From the IMG/VR virus record IMGVR_UViG_3300027672_001796: a stretch of DNA of 64,000 nt. One strand, given 5' to 3'. Shown piece by piece: positions 26,993 to 35,395 of the stretch; within the stretch, counting starts at the first letter, position 1, and each line of letters begins with the position of its first letter. Made by a program: the position numbers and the translations under genes. This DNA is from a virus. Its lineage: Duplodnaviria > Caudoviricetes. Under the pieces are notes generated by a model, which saw only the letters and a program-made list of their open reading frames with translations, was not told the origin of the DNA and did no database searches.

Positions 26993-28237
26993 ATGAAAAT
27001 AACAAATTTTAATCAATCTCCTGCAACAAAGATTGCAAAGATTAACAAATACCTACAAGAAGCACACGGCGTTAAAGTCGGCGGCTTCCATACCAAAGAC
27101 GAACTTCAAGCTGTTAGAGAACAAGCTGAAATGCAAGTCATTACATTAAGAAATACTAATAAGAAATTTAACTTGGACCCAGACTATGCAAAGTATCTAG
27201 GTGTTAAAGATGTTATTGATGTTATGATGGCAGAAGGCATGTACGCAGAAGGTCCTGCGGCATTAGGCATGAAGAACGAAGTCCAAGAAACTGTTAAGCA
27301 ATTAATGGACAGTGGTTATACAATGGACGAAGCTAGTACAGAATGCATGAACAGATTCAGACAAGATTCCCGATTTGCGTATGATGATGATTTTGTATTA
27401 CCAATAGTTTTAAAAGCGGCTAAAGACTACTATGAGTCATGTGGTTCAACACATGAAGGCATGTACGAAGCTCCAAGCACAGATTTAGGTGAGAACTTAC
27501 TTAGTGCATTAGCAAAAGAGTGTGGTGTAGAGTTAACTGATCCATCAAGCATTGATGCTATTGAAGAAAAGTTAAACATGTTTGCATCAGTAAGTGGTAA
27601 GAGCAGAGATTCAGTAGCTGGATTTTTAAATAGTTTAGAAGAAGATGCACTAACAAGTGGCATCCAAATGTTTGGTGCTAAAATTGGCGAAGCAAATAAG
27701 CCTGACTTTTTAGACCTAGACAAAGACGGCGATAAAAACGAGCCAATGAAGAAAGCGGCTAAAGACGCCAAAAAAGAAAGCATGTTTGATGACATCATCG
27801 ACAACATGTTAGCAGAAGAAGTAGACGTAGAACAAGCAGAAGTTGTTATGGCGGCAAGAGCCTTAGCAGACGATATCCAAGATATGATTGCTAGACTAGG
27901 CAAAATGCAGAACGAAGATGTTCCTGCAATTGCTGACCAAATGAGAGCAGAAATGGGAGCGGAAGTAGCCTCTGGTTTTAACTCACAAATGGGAACAACA
28001 TTGTCAACACACTTAGAAGCAACAAAGGCTACTAAGGATGCAATGGAAACAGCAATAGCACAAATTACTGGCGAGGCACCGTTAGGCGCACCTGGTGGAG
28101 ATATGGGACTTGCTGATGTCGAAGAGCCAATGCCAACTGAAGAGCCAAGCATTGACGACATGGCTATGGATACTACAGAACCTGCCGCGGCTGGCCCAGA
28201 AGATGAGCCACTAGGTAGAGCACCAGTAGAGATTTAA
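26993..28237 (+). CDS. Probable prohead core/scaffold-type protein
   Basis: Acidic helical protein with many xxE junctions, KPDFLDLDKDGDKNEPMKKAAKD motif and P/E/D-rich tail. Confidence 0.5.
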   Translation: MKITNFNQSPATKIAKINKYLQEAHGVKVGGFHTKDELQAVREQAEMQVITLRNTNKKFNLDPDYAKYLGVKDVIDVMMAEGMYAEGPAALGMKNEVQETVKQLMDSGYTMDEASTECMNRFRQDSRFAYDDDFVLPIVLKAAKDYYESCGSTHEGMYEAPSTDLGENLLSALAKECGVELTDPSSIDAIEEKLNMFASVSGKSRDSVAGFLNSLEEDALTSGIQMFGAKIGEANKPDFLDLDKDGDKNEPMKKAAKDAKKESMFDDIIDNMLAEEVDVEQAEVVMAARALADDIQDMIARLGKMQNEDVPAIADQMRAEMGAEVASGFNSQMGTTLSTHLEATKATKDAMETAIAQITGEAPLGAPGGDMGLADVEEPMPTEEPSIDDMAMDTTEPAAAGPEDEPLGRAPVEI

Positions 28238-28239
28238 TT

Positions 28240-28578
28240 ATGAAAATTGCTGAAGTATTTTTACTGGAAGCATATTTCGATGACCTACAAAGTGCTGTAA
28301 TGGATCGATTGGCCCAGTACAACTCGGACGAGCAGTCGACTATCCCAACAGAAGAATTTAGACAATCACTAGCAAGTGACGGTTTTTTGTTGAGTGTCAC
28401 TGAATTACAAAAAGCATTAACAGACATGGACGCAGTAACAAATGTTGATGCTAACACTATTACCCCGAAAGGTGCTATAGATAGCGAACTAGCAAATGAT
28501 ATGGAACCTCAAGTTGATGTACATAGCATGGCAACAGATCAATCTATGTCAGATGTTAACGCATCACTCCCACAGTAG
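28240..28578 (+). CDS. Small acidic probable head protein
   Basis: MKIAEVFLLE leader. Confidence 0.6.
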   Translation: MKIAEVFLLEAYFDDLQSAVMDRLAQYNSDEQSTIPTEEFRQSLASDGFLLSVTELQKALTDMDAVTNVDANTITPKGAIDSELANDMEPQVDVHSMATDQSMSDVNASLPQ

Positions 28579-28594
28579 ATAACTTGTGAGGCAA

Positions 28595-28771
28595 ATGTAT
28601 TTTAATTTGCTATCGCCTGGCATCTCACATCTTCCTATCTGGAAAGTTGAAGTCCCCAAATTAAAAGAATTCGACGAATCGTTATTAGAAGACGACAAAT
28701 GGTTTATAGATGATTTTGGCAAGACTGGCGATAATATACCAGAGCAACTTAGATTTAAAGTATTAGATTAA
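28595..28771 (+). CDS. Short ORF, possibly the frameshift-separated N-terminus of 28907-29911
   Basis: GAGG RBS; same frame as the downstream gene; see findings. Confidence 0.4.
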   Translation: MYFNLLSPGISHLPIWKVEVPKLKEFDESLLEDDKWFIDDFGKTGDNIPEQLRFKVLD

Positions 28772-28906
28772 CTAACAGAATAAATAATTATATAATTTAA
28801 AACAATTAGAGGGCTACCCATCAAACACACAGCAGATTTTGCCTCGCAGATAGATATTCAAATCTTTGAAAAATTTAATGCATCACACGAAGAAATTAGT
28901 CTTAGT

Positions 28907-29911
28907 ATGGTTAAGGCAATTACTCGTGGCGGTGATCCTGCATTTTATAAACAAGCACAAATACGTGAAGTAGCACACGACTATATAGAATCTCAAGATA
29001 GCACTTATACAATACAACCAGATGCCTTGCCCACAGAAATACCTTACATAAATTTTGATGTGCCTGTTGATAATTCCGAGCTTATAAAACGTTCGCTGGC
29101 CTCTGCAAGTTCTATTAGCGGAAAGAATTTCCAGCAAATGCATTCTGCAAGTTTTAAACGTGGACAACAAGAAGAAACAAAATACCAGACATTATTTGAG
29201 ATAGACAGAATTGGCTGGTATAATGCTTTTCCAAAAATAAGTTATAAACTTAATTCACTAGGTACTCGTAATCATATGGAATTTGACGACTTGACTGAAA
29301 ACGAATTTATTCCTGCATTCGGTGATAGTAATACTTTTGGTATGGGACTGCCTGAACACGAGTTGTGGTATAATAAATTAGGTGAGGAACATCCTGTATA
29401 CAATGCTGGAGTTATAAACGGTAACTTAACAGATGTATATTTAATGATGACTAGCATGTATAAAAGCAAGAAGTTCAAGAAGGCATATGTAGTAACACCA
29501 CATGCAGAACGTTGGACTGGAGTTTCAGATGCAGGGTACTTTGAAGGCATAACTAACGGAGCACATTATTTTTTAGAACAGTTTGCACATGCACCAGAAG
29601 TTTTAAATAATAATACTAGACAATTATACAGATGGATGGCATTACAAAGCATAATAAATTTTTGTGCTGTTAACGACATCGAATTAAAAATATATCAATC
29701 AAATACATTTATGCATGTAGCATGGTGTGGAGAACAAAACTTACACATACCTAACTGGTACTTTATTTTTCAACACATGCACAAAAATATTAAAATTGCA
29801 AATGAAAGTGGAAACGACCTTTCAGAGTGGCCCAAACATATGGCAAGGGATTTAATACACTTTGGTTCAGAATGGCATGACAAGATGGCAGAACATCTAC
29901 TAAATATGTAA
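28907..29911 (+). CDS. Protein with C-terminal SGNH-like domain (true start uncertain)
   Basis: YKLNSLGTR, AFGDSNTFGMGLP, YNAG, ARDLIHFGSEWH; frame is open upstream to 28796. Confidence 0.65.
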   Translation: MVKAITRGGDPAFYKQAQIREVAHDYIESQDSTYTIQPDALPTEIPYINFDVPVDNSELIKRSLASASSISGKNFQQMHSASFKRGQQEETKYQTLFEIDRIGWYNAFPKISYKLNSLGTRNHMEFDDLTENEFIPAFGDSNTFGMGLPEHELWYNKLGEEHPVYNAGVINGNLTDVYLMMTSMYKSKKFKKAYVVTPHAERWTGVSDAGYFEGITNGAHYFLEQFAHAPEVLNNNTRQLYRWMALQSIINFCAVNDIELKIYQSNTFMHVAWCGEQNLHIPNWYFIFQHMHKNIKIANESGNDLSEWPKHMARDLIHFGSEWHDKMAEHLLNM

Positions 29912-30553
29912 ATGCATATAAGTGAAACAATGGAAACAATTGTAAATCGTGCAACTGTTTACGAACGTTACATACCACACAAAGAATTCTTTACAGACAC
30001 CTCCGGTCAAATAGAATATACTTTAAACAGTTTATGGCACAGAGATATAGAACTCGAAAGCTATTCCGACTATACTCTAGCAGTAGGATGTAGTCATACA
30101 TTTGGTATAGGCGTAGATACTCCCTGGCCCACACTTATAGATAACTGTTATAATGCAGGCATACCAGGAGCAACAGTACACGACATGTGTGACGTTGCTA
30201 TGGACATATATAGGATAAATCCTTATAAACGAGTACTAATGTTTGCCCCTCACGGCGAGCGATTTTTGGTGTCCCCTAAGGGCAAAACCACAGCATTAAT
30301 GCCGTATAGCGAGGATGCAAACCGGTATAAATCGGTTGACACAGACACTAAAATGCTGTATACTATGAGAAGTATTAATGCATTTAAGTACTTTTGTGAA
30401 GTAAATGGTATTGAACACACTATAATCTGTAATAACAGTATACGGTTTATAAGAGAAAACAAGTCCATATTAGTAGATAAAGGTACAGACGGTGTGCATT
30501 ACGGAAACTTAACTCAACAAAAATTTGCAGGATTATTTAATGCTACTAACTGA
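29912..30553 (+). CDS. SGNH-hydrolase-like protein
   Basis: YTLNSL, AVGCSHTFGIGV, YNAGIPG, GTDGVHYG. Confidence 0.7.
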   Translation: MHISETMETIVNRATVYERYIPHKEFFTDTSGQIEYTLNSLWHRDIELESYSDYTLAVGCSHTFGIGVDTPWPTLIDNCYNAGIPGATVHDMCDVAMDIYRINPYKRVLMFAPHGERFLVSPKGKTTALMPYSEDANRYKSVDTDTKMLYTMRSINAFKYFCEVNGIEHTIICNNSIRFIRENKSILVDKGTDGVHYGNLTQQKFAGLFNATN

Positions 30554-31214
30554 AAAAATCGAATATAAGAAATTAGACAGAACAACAACTCCAACAGGCA
30601 GAATGTATGTAGGAGACGATAATGTTCCTGTACCTAGTGTTACTACAGTACTAGATAAAACAGCAGACAAAACAGCCTTAATTGCTTGGCGTAAACGTGT
30701 AGGCGATGCCGAAGCAACACGAGTAAGTAATGAAGCGGCTGGCTTAGGAACTAAAGTACATAATGCTTTAGAAAATTATATACTAGGCGAAGAATGGGAA
30801 CCTAAGGGTAATAACTTTGTAAGTATCCTTGCAAGGGATATGACAAACTTAATGATTAACGAAGGATTTAAAGACGTTGATGAAGTTTGGGGTACTGAAG
30901 TTGGACTTATTGCTAAAGGTCTTTATGCAGGCACAACAGATTGTGTTGGTATGCATGGCGGCGAAGAAGCAATTATTGATTTCAAGACAAGTAAAAAAAT
31001 TAAACCTACTAAGTGGGTTCAAGATTATTTCCTACAATGTTGTGCTTATGCAATGGCACATAACGAGATGTATGGAACTAATATTCGTAAAGGTGTAATA
31101 CTTATGGTTAGCAGAGATGTTGAACTTAAAGAATACATTATTGAAGGCGAAGAGTTTGACAACTATTGCTTAGAATGGACAAAACGTCTAGAACTATATT
31201 ATAGTAGTTTGTAA
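30540..31214 (+). CDS. PD-(D/E)xK exonuclease (lambda-exo/Cas4-like phage family)
   Basis: PSVTTVL, WRKRVG, GTKVH, YAGTTDC, IIDFKTS, YFLQCCAYA. Confidence 0.85.
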   Translation: MLLTEKIEYKKLDRTTTPTGRMYVGDDNVPVPSVTTVLDKTADKTALIAWRKRVGDAEATRVSNEAAGLGTKVHNALENYILGEEWEPKGNNFVSILARDMTNLMINEGFKDVDEVWGTEVGLIAKGLYAGTTDCVGMHGGEEAIIDFKTSKKIKPTKWVQDYFLQCCAYAMAHNEMYGTNIRKGVILMVSRDVELKEYIIEGEEFDNYCLEWTKRLELYYSSL

Positions 31215-32203
31215 TGCTTTCCAAGTATTGGACTATATCGTCAAAGCCTCTAGCTGAGGCCGACTCAGACATATTTACACTATCTGCAGAAAACGTAGAC
31301 GAAAAACAATTAGGTGGTTGGGAAACGCCTGGCTGGTGTATAGTTAAAAACACACATCTCACAATTAACCCTAATCAAAAACCTATATTAGCTTCAAGTT
31401 TTATTCTAGAGCATTTACAAGAAGATGCTGTGGGTGTTTGTGTTATGAGTAATAGAGAAGATATTGCCACCGGCGATATTGTTTTCCATAGAAAAGGCAT
31501 GAGACAGTTTGCTGGACTTAATGCAGATGATTGGGTACAACGTGTACCATGGCAATCAATAGACCCAAGTTTATATTTAAGTGTATTAGGTACGCCAGGC
31601 AAAACAGCATGGGTAAGCATGACTGAAATTATGAAACTTAAATCGGGTATGACCGTAGGTATTAGTGGTTGTGCTGGAACAGTTGGAGTGCTACTGGCTC
31701 AAATGGCATTAATGCAAGGTTGCACAGTTATAGGATTTACTAGCACACAGGAAAAAGCTGACTGGTTGGAAACATTAGGTGTGAAAGCTATTGTGTCAAG
31801 TAATACAACTATTGACAGATTAGATAAAGCAACCAAGGAGTTAGTGCCAGACGGATTTGATGCATATCATGAAAATGTTGATAATGCTCATTTGCTTAAT
31901 GCTATACAAAATATGAAACTTAACGGCACAATAGCATTGTGTGGTTTAATGAAAAGTTACACACAGCACATGGGACCTGGACCAAATTTATTAGGGACTA
32001 TATACAAGAACGTAAACATTCAAGGATTTGGAGTTAGCAACTATAAAGAATCCTTATTAGCTAACTTCCACAATTATATGGAAGACAAATACACAGACTT
32101 TGAATTTAATCAGCATACAGTAGCCGGAATTATGCAAGTTCCAGCAGTATATAGCGATTTATACAATGCATATGGCAAAGGTAAACTTATAATCAAAATT
32201 TAA
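31214..32203 (+). CDS. NADP-dependent oxidoreductase, MDR family (prostaglandin-reductase/CurA-like)
   Basis: LSVLGTPGKTAW, TVGISGCAGTVG, DAYHENV, IALCG...Y, GPNL. Confidence 0.8.
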   Translation: MLSKYWTISSKPLAEADSDIFTLSAENVDEKQLGGWETPGWCIVKNTHLTINPNQKPILASSFILEHLQEDAVGVCVMSNREDIATGDIVFHRKGMRQFAGLNADDWVQRVPWQSIDPSLYLSVLGTPGKTAWVSMTEIMKLKSGMTVGISGCAGTVGVLLAQMALMQGCTVIGFTSTQEKADWLETLGVKAIVSSNTTIDRLDKATKELVPDGFDAYHENVDNAHLLNAIQNMKLNGTIALCGLMKSYTQHMGPGPNLLGTIYKNVNIQGFGVSNYKESLLANFHNYMEDKYTDFEFNQHTVAGIMQVPAVYSDLYNAYGKGKLIIKI

Positions 32204-32215
32204 TTGTGTAAAAGT

Positions 32216-32223
32216 GATAAATA
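32216..32223 (+). promoter_or_regulatory. Late promoter GATAAATA for tail fibre
   Basis: Followed by GGAG RBS and GTG 32251. Confidence 0.6.
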
Positions 32224-32250
32224 CAATTAACAAATGATTGGAGTTTAATA

Positions 32251-34869
32251 GTGTCACACAGCGACGATGCAAATCTAAAAGTAATAATTTCGAGAATCCA
32301 GCAAAGACGGGGTCTGAAGCAGGAGTTACCTCAACCTTTGCGACCTGGAGAAATCGGGTTTGCAACAGATAGCCGACAAGTTTATATTGGTGCCGATACG
32401 GCAGATGCAACAAGTAACACATACAACAAACAGGTTGTATTTGAAACTACACAGAATGCACAAGATTTAACTAAGGCAATGGCTAACAGCCAAATTATTA
32501 AGTTTGAAGTACCCCACATTAGATTCCCTAAAGGATCTGGTAACTTTAATAGTGCAACAAAGCAAATAAGCTGGAACGCAACTACAAGTTCTACTTATAC
32601 TATTTCAGATGGCACTACAGCAACAAGAACTGTTTTCCCAGCTAATGTTACAGGCGTTGGCACACCATCTATTAACCAAAACGCAACCAACAGCACGTTC
32701 AATGCAGAAAACTTAACTGTTACTATTGGTGGCAAAGCACAGACTGGTGATGACGATGGAACAGGAGCTACAGTTAATGCGGCGTTCGATTACAACTTTA
32801 TAAGTGGTAGTGGCTCAGCTTCAGATCATATTATTAATTTTAGAAGTGCTCCAGCAAACAGTCAAGACGTAAGTATTTCATACTACGGCAACACTCATGT
32901 TATTGCTTTATTAACAGCCAGTGGCGCAGTTACTAACGGAGCAACTACATCAGGTTTTTATGCCAACAAAGGTATTCCAGAATGGCAAAAGTTAGACCAT
33001 AACAATGTTTTTGTTAATGGTGAAGTAGGTACAGGATATATTGGATTAGCATCAAAACATATTGATGTAGTAGGCACTGGATCAGGTATAGCAAATATAG
33101 CCAGCGTAACAGTTGGTAATGTTATTGCCGCTAAGAATCCATCAGACGTAAGTTACTATGGCGGAAGTGCAAGTTACAATGCCGCTAAATATTCAGGCAC
33201 AACAGTAACATCAGTTGTAGGCAGTGGAATTATAACATTTACATCTGGTACTACAGTACTTGGATTAGCACATCAGGGTAGCAATCCTACTAACGGCTCA
33301 TACGAGTATGTTTATATAGAAGGATTGAATCCAGCAGGCGTTACAGAAGCAGGATACTTACACCAAAAGATTTTACCAATTAAGAACACAACAGATGTTG
33401 CAACATCATTATTTATAGTTGACACTCCAGCAAATGCATTCACAGTTGCTAGAGCAGTTACATCAGCAGGATCCGGAGCCACACTTACTATTACAGGTAA
33501 TACGGACGGATTGTCGGTTGGCAATTATGTAGACTTTGCAGGAACTAATGCAACAGAATTTACAAGTAACCCATACGCAATTACAGGCGTAACTGGAACT
33601 ACATTTACAGTAGCAAACACTGGTAGCTCAGTAACAGGCGCTAAAGCAAATAACTTAACAGTTGTACCATTTAACAATGTAACAAGAACAAACGTAGTGG
33701 TAACATCCGCTAAAAACGGATTAACAACAGCACAAAACGTAACATTTAGTGTAGCAGTTGGATCTGTTAACGCGGCAACATCAACAGCAGTTATTAATGC
33801 TGGCACAAATACATTTGAAGTTGTTAGTGGAGATGTAGCAGAATCTGTAACAGGAACATTTAGTCCTGTACTAACAAACATTACAGCAAACGTCGGAGTT
33901 ACACCAGCTGTAACAATTAGACTAGCTCCTGCTAGTGGCGACAAAACACTTAATAGTGCGGTAGCAGATATTAATACACATGGCAATTGGGTAAAGGCGG
34001 CACTTATTCCTGGTAGTACAGATACTACATACGTTAGAAGCAGTGACCAAACTGAATATCTTTTATTCAATGATCCAAATGATGGAATAGATTCTTGGGG
34101 CAATATAGGTATTAACTTAGCACTAGCTGATGCACTAACAGTAGGAGCTCAACATAAGTATTTGAAGAGCACAAAAACTGTTAAAGCAAAATTTGAAAAC
34201 TGGTTAAAATTACTTACAGCGGAACATGAGCCTAACGTATTAACTACAGTTTACATGAACGACCAGTACGAAACACTTAATCCGTTTGCGACATACAGTT
34301 TAGATATTAACAGTACAACTGGCGAAATAGATTTTGACGGACACGAAGAAGCTGGTAACTTTAGCGAACTAGTTAACAAACTTTACTTTGAAAAAACAAA
34401 TGCAAATATTAAAGGCTTAACTACTATTAAGACTAATATTGAATTGTTAACTAACGAAGCAACAGCGGCAAGTAGTGCCACAGCAGAATACAGTGAACCA
34501 AATGCAATAACACTAACAGAAACTAGTACACCAGTAGCAGTTAGTTCATTAGGTACAGACTCTACTATTATTGATACAATGATGGTCGACTATGTTATTG
34601 ATGCTAGAATGAGCGGTGGATTGTTTTATAGCAAAATTGGTACGTTACAGTACTCAGCTAATCCAAATGCAAATGCTGGCGCAGGCACAGTTATTATACA
34701 AGACCTAGGCACAGAATACGGTGATAGTGGTGTTACAATAAATGATGGTGTGCAGTTTACTGCCGCTATAGCAAGTGGTACAGTTACAGTTAATGCGGCT
34801 TGTACAGTAATTCCAACTCCTGGTAACGTTACTATGAAGTATGTTACTCGAAGATGGAAATCATTCTAA
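32251..34869 (+). CDS. Tail fibre / baseplate-associated adhesin with Mtd_N-like N-terminus
   Basis: RIQQRRG...LRPGEIGFATDSRQVYIG; long Thr/Gly/Ala/Asn-rich beta region. Confidence 0.75.
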   Translation: MSHSDDANLKVIISRIQQRRGLKQELPQPLRPGEIGFATDSRQVYIGADTADATSNTYNKQVVFETTQNAQDLTKAMANSQIIKFEVPHIRFPKGSGNFNSATKQISWNATTSSTYTISDGTTATRTVFPANVTGVGTPSINQNATNSTFNAENLTVTIGGKAQTGDDDGTGATVNAAFDYNFISGSGSASDHIINFRSAPANSQDVSISYYGNTHVIALLTASGAVTNGATTSGFYANKGIPEWQKLDHNNVFVNGEVGTGYIGLASKHIDVVGTGSGIANIASVTVGNVIAAKNPSDVSYYGGSASYNAAKYSGTTVTSVVGSGIITFTSGTTVLGLAHQGSNPTNGSYEYVYIEGLNPAGVTEAGYLHQKILPIKNTTDVATSLFIVDTPANAFTVARAVTSAGSGATLTITGNTDGLSVGNYVDFAGTNATEFTSNPYAITGVTGTTFTVANTGSSVTGAKANNLTVVPFNNVTRTNVVVTSAKNGLTTAQNVTFSVAVGSVNAATSTAVINAGTNTFEVVSGDVAESVTGTFSPVLTNITANVGVTPAVTIRLAPASGDKTLNSAVADINTHGNWVKAALIPGSTDTTYVRSSDQTEYLLFNDPNDGIDSWGNIGINLALADALTVGAQHKYLKSTKTVKAKFENWLKLLTAEHEPNVLTTVYMNDQYETLNPFATYSLDINSTTGEIDFDGHEEAGNFSELVNKLYFEKTNANIKGLTTIKTNIELLTNEATAASSATAEYSEPNAITLTETSTPVAVSSLGTDSTIIDTMMVDYVIDARMSGGLFYSKIGTLQYSANPNANAGAGTVIIQDLGTEYGDSGVTINDGVQFTAAIASGTVTVNAACTVIPTPGNVTMKYVTRRWKSF

Positions 34870-34886
34870 ACTAAGCGTACTAAAAT

Positions 34887-35312
34887 ATGTTTGAAAAACA
34901 CACTACAGTAGAGACTCGCCTTGAGCAATTCAGGGAGTTACGAAAGTCAAATCTATCAATGAACGCCATTGTAGAACGGTTTGGCAACATAAAACCCCAC
35001 AACAGATACCTCGATTATTACTCCCCCGACACCTGGCCCAAAGCCTTCGATCTTATTGAGCAAGGTCACTTTGATACCACATCTATATCCATTCTAATGT
35101 ACCAAACTTTAGGTCATCTAAATTACCTAAAACCAGAACTTGTAAGTTGGAAAGTGATAAGTAATAACATGAATGGAAGAGACGGCGCAGTATTTACATA
35201 CAACTCAATGATGTATAATCTAGACCCTCAAACCGCAATGGAGTCTAATGAAGCTAAGAATCATTACATTACATTAGTTGAATTAAGAAACTTACACATA
35301 CCTTTAGTTTAA
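34887..35312 (+). CDS. Hypothetical protein, possibly degenerate transglutaminase-like fold
   Basis: YLDYYSPDTWP...MYQTL; follows the tail fibre. Confidence 0.45.
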   Translation: MFEKHTTVETRLEQFRELRKSNLSMNAIVERFGNIKPHNRYLDYYSPDTWPKAFDLIEQGHFDTTSISILMYQTLGHLNYLKPELVSWKVISNNMNGRDGAVFTYNSMMYNLDPQTAMESNEAKNHYITLVELRNLHIPLV

Positions 35313-35319
35313 AATTTAG

Positions 35320-35347
35320 TTGACATTGCACAGCGATGTGCTATAAT
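35320..35347 (+). promoter_or_regulatory. Sigma70-type promoter for nrdAB
   Basis: TTGACA-16 nt-TATAAT. Confidence 0.7.
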
Positions 35348-35395
35348 GCAGTAAAACAATCTACAGGGCAGAAACAAATATTGGGCACACAAACA

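Noticed and set aside
28769-28795. Stop-codon reassignment as an explanation for in-frame stops
   Set aside because: The stops are TAA; TAG and TGA terminate normal genes elsewhere (for example 15725, 28578, 51476, 3466), and long genes translate cleanly with code 11.
30540-31214. Cas4-like nuclease as evidence of a CRISPR-Cas system
   Set aside because: No other cas genes or array; lacks an obvious four-Cys Fe-S set; matches the common phage exonuclease pattern.
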